A DNA stretch of 63,958 nucleotides, counting the filler, from Klebsormidium nitens (lineage: Eukaryota > Plantae > Klebsormidiophyceae): assembly GCA_000708835.1 (NCBI GenBank). It is 6 parts of 6 records of this genome, joined end to end, with 100 filler letters (N's around TTAATTAATTAA, not from the genome) between each part and the next. Parts side by side here need not be neighbours in the genome. Positions count along the whole stretch, not along the records: positions 58,143 to 63,958 come from DF238304.1; 5 more parts are not named here. One strand, written 5' to 3'. This document shows, one piece after another, positions 58,736 through 63,958 of the stretch. A program made the position numbers and the translations under genes. The notes beneath the pieces are model-generated. The model made no database searches, was not told the DNA's origin, and saw only the letters and a list, made by a program, of their open reading frames with translations. How positions within the stretch are numbered: position 1 is the stretch's first letter; each line of letters begins with the position of its first letter.

Positions 58736-60280
58736 GAAACAAAGGCTTCAAGAACTAAACAGAGGCATACAACTGTCCTATTGAGGAAGAAGTCCAGTTC
58801 ATAGATTTGACCACCGAGCCAGCCATGCCGACCGAAATAGAGGGCCGGACCGGCGGCCCTAAAAAGCGGTTATTACATCTTACGGTCAATCCTCAGGGGA
58901 AACCGGACCGAAAAAGAGGGCCTTGGTGTCGTATCGAAGTTGGACAACAACGAGCCGTGTACGAGACTCCTCAAACAGCCCTACGGAATCCTAAACAAAG
59001 GCTAATCCCAACAAAAACGAGCGAAGGCCTCGATATTGGAATCAAGAAGCAAGGCCGCAGATTGCTGCGGCACTAAATAGAGGGGCTCGATTGATCTTAG
59101 GGCCAATAACGCCTCAACCTTGAATGACTACGCCCAAGCACATGGCCCGACTCTCCCCTCAAAGTTTCACCGGAACGGACACGAACAATCGTTGGAACTG
59201 AGACCGAGTCGCGTTTTTGGAAAAATGCCTTTCAAATCCGGCCCGAAACCCCAAAAACTAAGCCCGAAACAGAGGGACTCCGTGACGGACTTGCATAGAT
59301 AAGGGGCGTACAGTGTTAACAATGGCACCAAAAAGCTACGTAACCCTAAATAGAGAAAACGTCCGTTAGTCTGATGCTAAAGAGATGCACGACGAGGAAC
59401 CGGCGGCACAACAACCATGCCCCAGATACCCGTATAGCAAGTATATGCGAGGCCAAAGAAAGATCTCACGCAGTGCTTCGATCGAACAAAAGACCCTTTG
59501 TTTAATTCCAACAGTTCCTCTTACAGATCAGGAGTCAAGTAGGCGAAGCCCCAAAATCTTTCGGGACCGAGAGGATTGGTGCCCAAGCCGGACGTCACAA
59601 GACTCAAACAGTCTCGCTCGAGCGGAAGGGGTTGCTGCGGGCCAAAATCTACTTGCGACCGGAACCGGATCTCTGTACGATTGTTCTGTTGTTCGCTAGA
59701 AAGAATTGAAGCTTAAAAAAAAATTCTGCCAAATGTTCATAATCATGTTCAAGCGATTAGTTGGCAATCTGCAATCGAACGGCCTGCATCAATCCAGCCC
59801 AACAGAAAGGCTTTGGTTAGTGAGCAAAAAGTCACAAAGACCGACGCCCGATGCAGAACCTACAGTCTGCATAAATTGAAAGGTTTATTGACCCTCGACT
59901 CGGAGCATCAACGAAACAAAGGCATTGATCAAGAAGGAAACAGATATTATTCATTATATTATTGATCGAATATATTCTGCCTTCCCATTTCGGACCACGG
60001 AGCCAGCCATGCCGACGAGAACAGTGGCGCCCGCAACCATAAAATTCACTTTTTTCTAATACCGGGCGATCCCCAAAAACTGAAATAGAGGGCTCCAATG
60101 TCTAAGTGGGATTGAGGCGACGACAGCCATGTAGAAGACTGTTCAAAGAAGCGGAATCCTAAACAGAGGCTGAAACCGACAAATCGAGCGAAGGCTTGGA
60201 GATTTGAATCAAGAAGCAAGGAAGCAGGATCTTGCGACACTAAATCAAGGGTGTCGATTGATTCGGCCAAAACCGTCTCA
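58736..60280 (+). repeat. Modular repeat region with a diverged duplication and recurring AAA(C/T)A(G/A)AGG motif
   Basis: 58983-59117 aligns to 60152-60280; gagccagccatgccgac at about 58816 and 60000; motif copies at 58736, 58755, 58834, 58991, 59073, 59266, 60082 and 60159. Confidence 0.65.
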
Positions 60281-62199
60281 CGCTGTAATACTCTACTCGA
60301 GGACATCGCCCATTCTAAACAACCCCTCAATATTTTCCTCGGCATCCACCAAGAACGACCAAACCTTTCAACCTTTCCTGGTTGCTGTGACGGACGATTC
60401 GAGTCATGCAACCGAGACTGCATGAAGACTTGAAAGCAAGCCAGCGCTTCCAGAAGAACCCCCTTCAAATGAGGTTCCAAACCCCCAATCTTAAGGCCCA
60501 AACGAAGGGACGCCGTGACGTCCTAGGATAGAGGAGAGCGTGCGGTTTATGTAACAACACTTATAGAGGGTTTAGGGAAGCGCAGTAGGGCAGCGACTCA
60601 AGTGCTTGAGCGCCTTCTTTTGTCTTGTCCAAAACGGGCCGGAACTTAGAGGCTCAAACAACAACCAAATAGGAACCAATCTCCAAGCATGAGCCGAAGC
60701 AAAAGTCAAATCAACAGCGCCATTGACGTGCTGCGATGAAACAAGGAAGAACCTTGGATGCTTACCACCGGCGTGCTGACGACGGCTTGCGAGAGGAACT
60801 TCTCGATCTACTGATGGAGGGATTCGGCGGCACCTTTGGTTATATCTCGTAAGGGGCAGCTCGTGACGAAGTGCAAGACGTTTGAAGAGCTTAAAATAGG
60901 AAATGCACAATTGATTGTGTGTTGATATTCAAATTCAACAAGTCCATACAGTCTGCAGAGATGCATGGGAGGAAGCGACTTTACAAAGTATGGAACCCAA
61001 AGCGTGTCGATGTGCTCGTTGCTTTGTCAAGGATCACCATCTAAGTAACCTACAAGAGACCCAACTTTATCATCCTCAAGATTGTGCTTTGACAATGACC
61101 AGCTTGAAAAAGGCACGTTCCCCTCACGTTCTCCCTCACGTTCAAAAAGTTCCCCCTTTGTGTCAGCTTTGATCCACGTTTTGTCCAGCCACTGCACCGG
61201 AGCCGTGGGGTCTTTCCGGTTCAGGAAGTGGAAGTCGAAGAGGCCAAGACAAGAGCGGGCGAAAATTGCTATCAAGCCTTGATTGCAAGCTCCCGTTGCA
61301 GCGAACCCTATGCCCGCGACTGTATGCCGGTCGCATGCAATGAAGTCGCTTCCCGGTTCTTGGAACCTGAGAAGGATATTAAGGGGATGTTGAATGGGAG
61401 GCTAGGAGTGCACGCTTTTAACATCACCCTGGTCTAAAGAATGGGCTATCCTATAGTCGACGCCTCGGAATGACAATGATTTTGCAGCATTGCTAAGGAA
61501 GTAGCCGAAGGCGTTGCTTGTTTGCGCATGTATACGACAAGTCCACAGATCGCAAGCAAGATTGGAGCAAAAAGAAAGGGCATATGCTGTTATAAATTTT
61601 GATCGAAGTGTGGTCAAGCCCGGGAGTTGCAATTGTGATGCCTTCTAGTAGTGGATTCAACAAAACAGGCATGTTTCTTTGAGGAACCGAAAGGTATCTC
61701 GCTTCAGAGACATGCAGAACAGCTTCCACGCTAGTCTTCGATGGGATTCAAAGTCTGAGCGTAGCGACAAACGGGGCTGAAAGTCTTTGCTAAGAACCTG
61801 GAGGGCCCGACTTTGCAGAAAGCTGGAATGCTGACTAGCTATTGAGTTTCCTTACCCCATGTTGAGCTGGATTCTATGTTGCAACAGGAACTGCGACGGG
61901 AGGGCTATGGTGCCTTTCCACAACAACTCGGCTTGAAGTGGACTCAGGCTGTCAACTTAGTTGCGCACTTAATCTGGAGGTCAATTGATCTTCCGGAAAA
62001 CGACAGGCGGGCTTCATTTTCAAGTAGTCCTCAGGACAAAGCGCCAAGCAAAGCTCGACGTAGCGCTGGATGTTGTCTGGCGTCATAACGAGGCCATACC
62101 AGAGCGTCCCAGGCTTCAGGCTCTCAACGATCTCTTTGTCTTCTGCTGAAAGCTCAGAAGTGGCTTCGTTCTCGGCCCGTCGAAGCCGCTCCTCTCCGT

Positions 62200-62589
62200 A
62201 GAACATCTCCCACGGGAGCTTGCCATAAACGCTCGAGGGAACCCGGTTTTGGGTGTAGCTAGCGATAACAATGTTTCCGCAAAAACCTCCAGCTTCAACA
62301 TCGCATCCTTGCAATGCTCGCGCTCTTTCCTCGAGCGTCCGGTTTAGTTGCTCCGCCGAACCCTTTTATTTAGGAGAGTTTCCCGCCGTGGTCTGTTGCA
62401 CTGTCCCTTTCTTTGGGCCGTCATTCCCTTGTTGACGTACTCTCGGCCTTGGTCCGTCTGCACCTTCTTGATCTCCTACCCGTATTGCGTACTCAAGCGG
62501 GCAAACACGCTCTCCGTGACCGTTGTGACGTTGCTCTTTCACTTCATCGGTTGCACCACCAGAAGCTTGTTCTGGTCATCAAGAAATTG
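62200..62589 (-). pseudogene. Ty1/copia integrase core fragment
   Basis: FLDDQNKLLVVQP...VQTDQGREYVN...GSAEQLNRTLEERARAL...ASYTQNRVPSSVYGKLPWEMFYGE, with stops. Confidence 0.85.
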
Positions 62590-62790
62590 TGTTAGAATTG
62601 GTGATTCTAGTCAGCCGAATTGCTGTGTGAGATCGACCTAGTTTTAGGGTATGATCAAATAAGCCGTGGCGTGTGTGCACGACGGTTAGGCGAATGAACT
62701 GTTAGGCGGTATTGAGGTTAGGCGGATGAGAAGACCGTTAGTGTAAGCGGTAGATGAAGATATCGAAGGCGAAGATAACTGAACGGGGAC
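62590..62790. mobile_element. Partial copia-family LTR
   Basis: TGTTAGAATT...tagtcagccgaat...ttaggcgg repeats; aligns to 7858-8065. Confidence 0.8.
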
Positions 62791-62805
62791 AGCGATTGCA
62801 ATCTT

Positions 62806-62975
62806 GAAAGTACCTAGGAGATTTCTGGAAGCTCAAGCTAGATCTAGAGGCGGCGGGACAAATTGTCTCAAAGGGCGAGCTGGCCCACCGCCTTGGAGAG
62901 TCTGCCGGACGAGTATCCCACACTTGAGGAAGTTTGAGCTTGGGGTCGAAGAAGTAACCATTGAGTTGGGGACCG
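62806..62975 (+). pseudogene. Copia gag fragment, opposite orientation to flanking pol pieces
   Basis: DFWKLKLDLEAAGQIVSKGELAHRL / LESLPDEYPTLEEV / LGVEEVTIE is the same gag segment as at 10600-10800, with frameshifts. Confidence 0.65.
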
Positions 62976-63021
62976 AATCTTTGGAAAAAACCAGGATTGT
63001 AACATCACGACGTCGACAGCA

Positions 63022-63829
63022 ATCGACCCACACAATGAGATAGACCCGCTCTCCGTTCCCCACTCCCGAAAAGAGCGCCGCATCCGCAAGGAACGCCACG
63101 AACTCGAAGTCCTCGAGCTCCTCCTTCAGACGTGTGTGCCACACACGCGGCGCCTGGCGCAATCCGTATTGGATGCGCTTGAGGCGGCAAACCATCCCAA
63201 ATCCGCCTTGCTCGTACCCCTGCGGATGTTGCATGCGAATCTCCTCCTCGAGCTCACCTTTGAGGAACGCCGGCTTGACGTCCAACTGGTGCAACTCCAA
63301 GTGGCGCTCCGCGACCGCTGCAGGAAGCGCCCGCAAAGTCGTGTGCTTGGTCACCGGGGCGTAGATTTCCTCGAAGTCAATTCCTTGCTTTTGCAGGTAT
63401 CCTTTCGCCACCATGCGAGACTTATACCGCTCCACGATTCCAAACGCATCCCGCTTAATCTTGTAAACCCACTTCATGGGAACCGGCTTCACCCCCTCCG
63501 GTTTTTTGGCAAGCTCCCACGTCCTGTTCTCCAACAAGGATTGCATCTCCTCGTCCATCGACTTCCGCCACAGCTCGCTCTCTTCTCCCCCTACGGCTTC
63601 CTGATACGTATGGGGCACCGGGCCCCGACCCTTAGGGGTGCTACCCCGACTCCCCCCGCCAGATTCGCCCGGTACCACTCCCAGGGCGCCCGCCTCGCTC
63701 TAGCGGGGTATCTACGTTCCGCGGTCTCGTCTTCTGTAGATTCTCGGTATCCCTGTCTCCTTCGACGGGCAACCCGATCCTTGCTTCCCCTCCACGAAAA
63801 ATCCACCGCCTTCCTCCCGGTGCCGGCCT
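63022..63829 (-). pseudogene. Ty1/copia IN-RT linker and reverse transcriptase (RVT_2) fragment
   Basis: RRYPARARRAP linker; PHTYQEA, WELAKKP, MKWVYKIK, YKSRMVAKGYLQKQGIDFEEIYAPV, HQLDVKPAFLKGEL, YGLRQAPRVW; truncated at VWVD. Confidence 0.92.
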
Positions 63830-63958
63830 TGTTCAGATTCGGTGATTATAGTCAGCCGAATTACTGTGATTAGGGATCGGCCCGAGTTAGGGTTTGGACT
63901 GGTGAACGCCGACGTGCGTGTACGGCGGTTGGACGGTTAAACCGTCAGGCGGTTTGGA
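63830..63958. mobile_element. Third copy of the LTR end, running off the right edge
   Basis: TGTTCAGATTCGGTGATTATAGTCAGCCGAAT...cggttaaaccgtcaggcggtttg aligns to 7858-7996. Confidence 0.8.

Overview
Eukaryotic nuclear DNA, most likely a streptophyte (charophyte) green alga such as a Klebsormidium relative. This is inferred from an intron-containing EIN3 gene, a plant-type membralin and telo-boxes. The window is not continuous: six contigs (1-10976, 11077-15615, 15716-20590, 20691-52505, 52606-58042, 58143-63958) are joined by artificial N44-TTAATTAATTAA-N44 linkers, so adjacency across linkers carries no information. Genes I could reconstruct exon by exon or recognise from motifs: CBP80/NCBP1 (3' truncated), a TFIIS-N-domain protein, an SRPBCC/polyketide-cyclase-like protein, membralin (TMEM259), a VARP-like VPS9-domain GEF with a GC-AG intron, EIN3/EIL, and a spliced Crinkler-type REase-like + kinase gene. 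Mobile DNA includes decayed and nested Ty1/copia pieces with one shared LTR family, two copies of a Ty3/gypsy integrase with an in-frame PHD finger, and two MITE-like elements. The most striking observation is repeated 'splice-junction echoes'. Four introns in two genes of the same contig (EIN3, membralin) hold tandem, decayed copies of the adjacent acceptor plus exon start, and EIN3 intron 1 also holds copies of the donor. Most copies have lost the splice dinucleotide; three retain an intact decoy acceptor whose use would truncate the protein. No CRISPR array, rRNA or tRNA was found.
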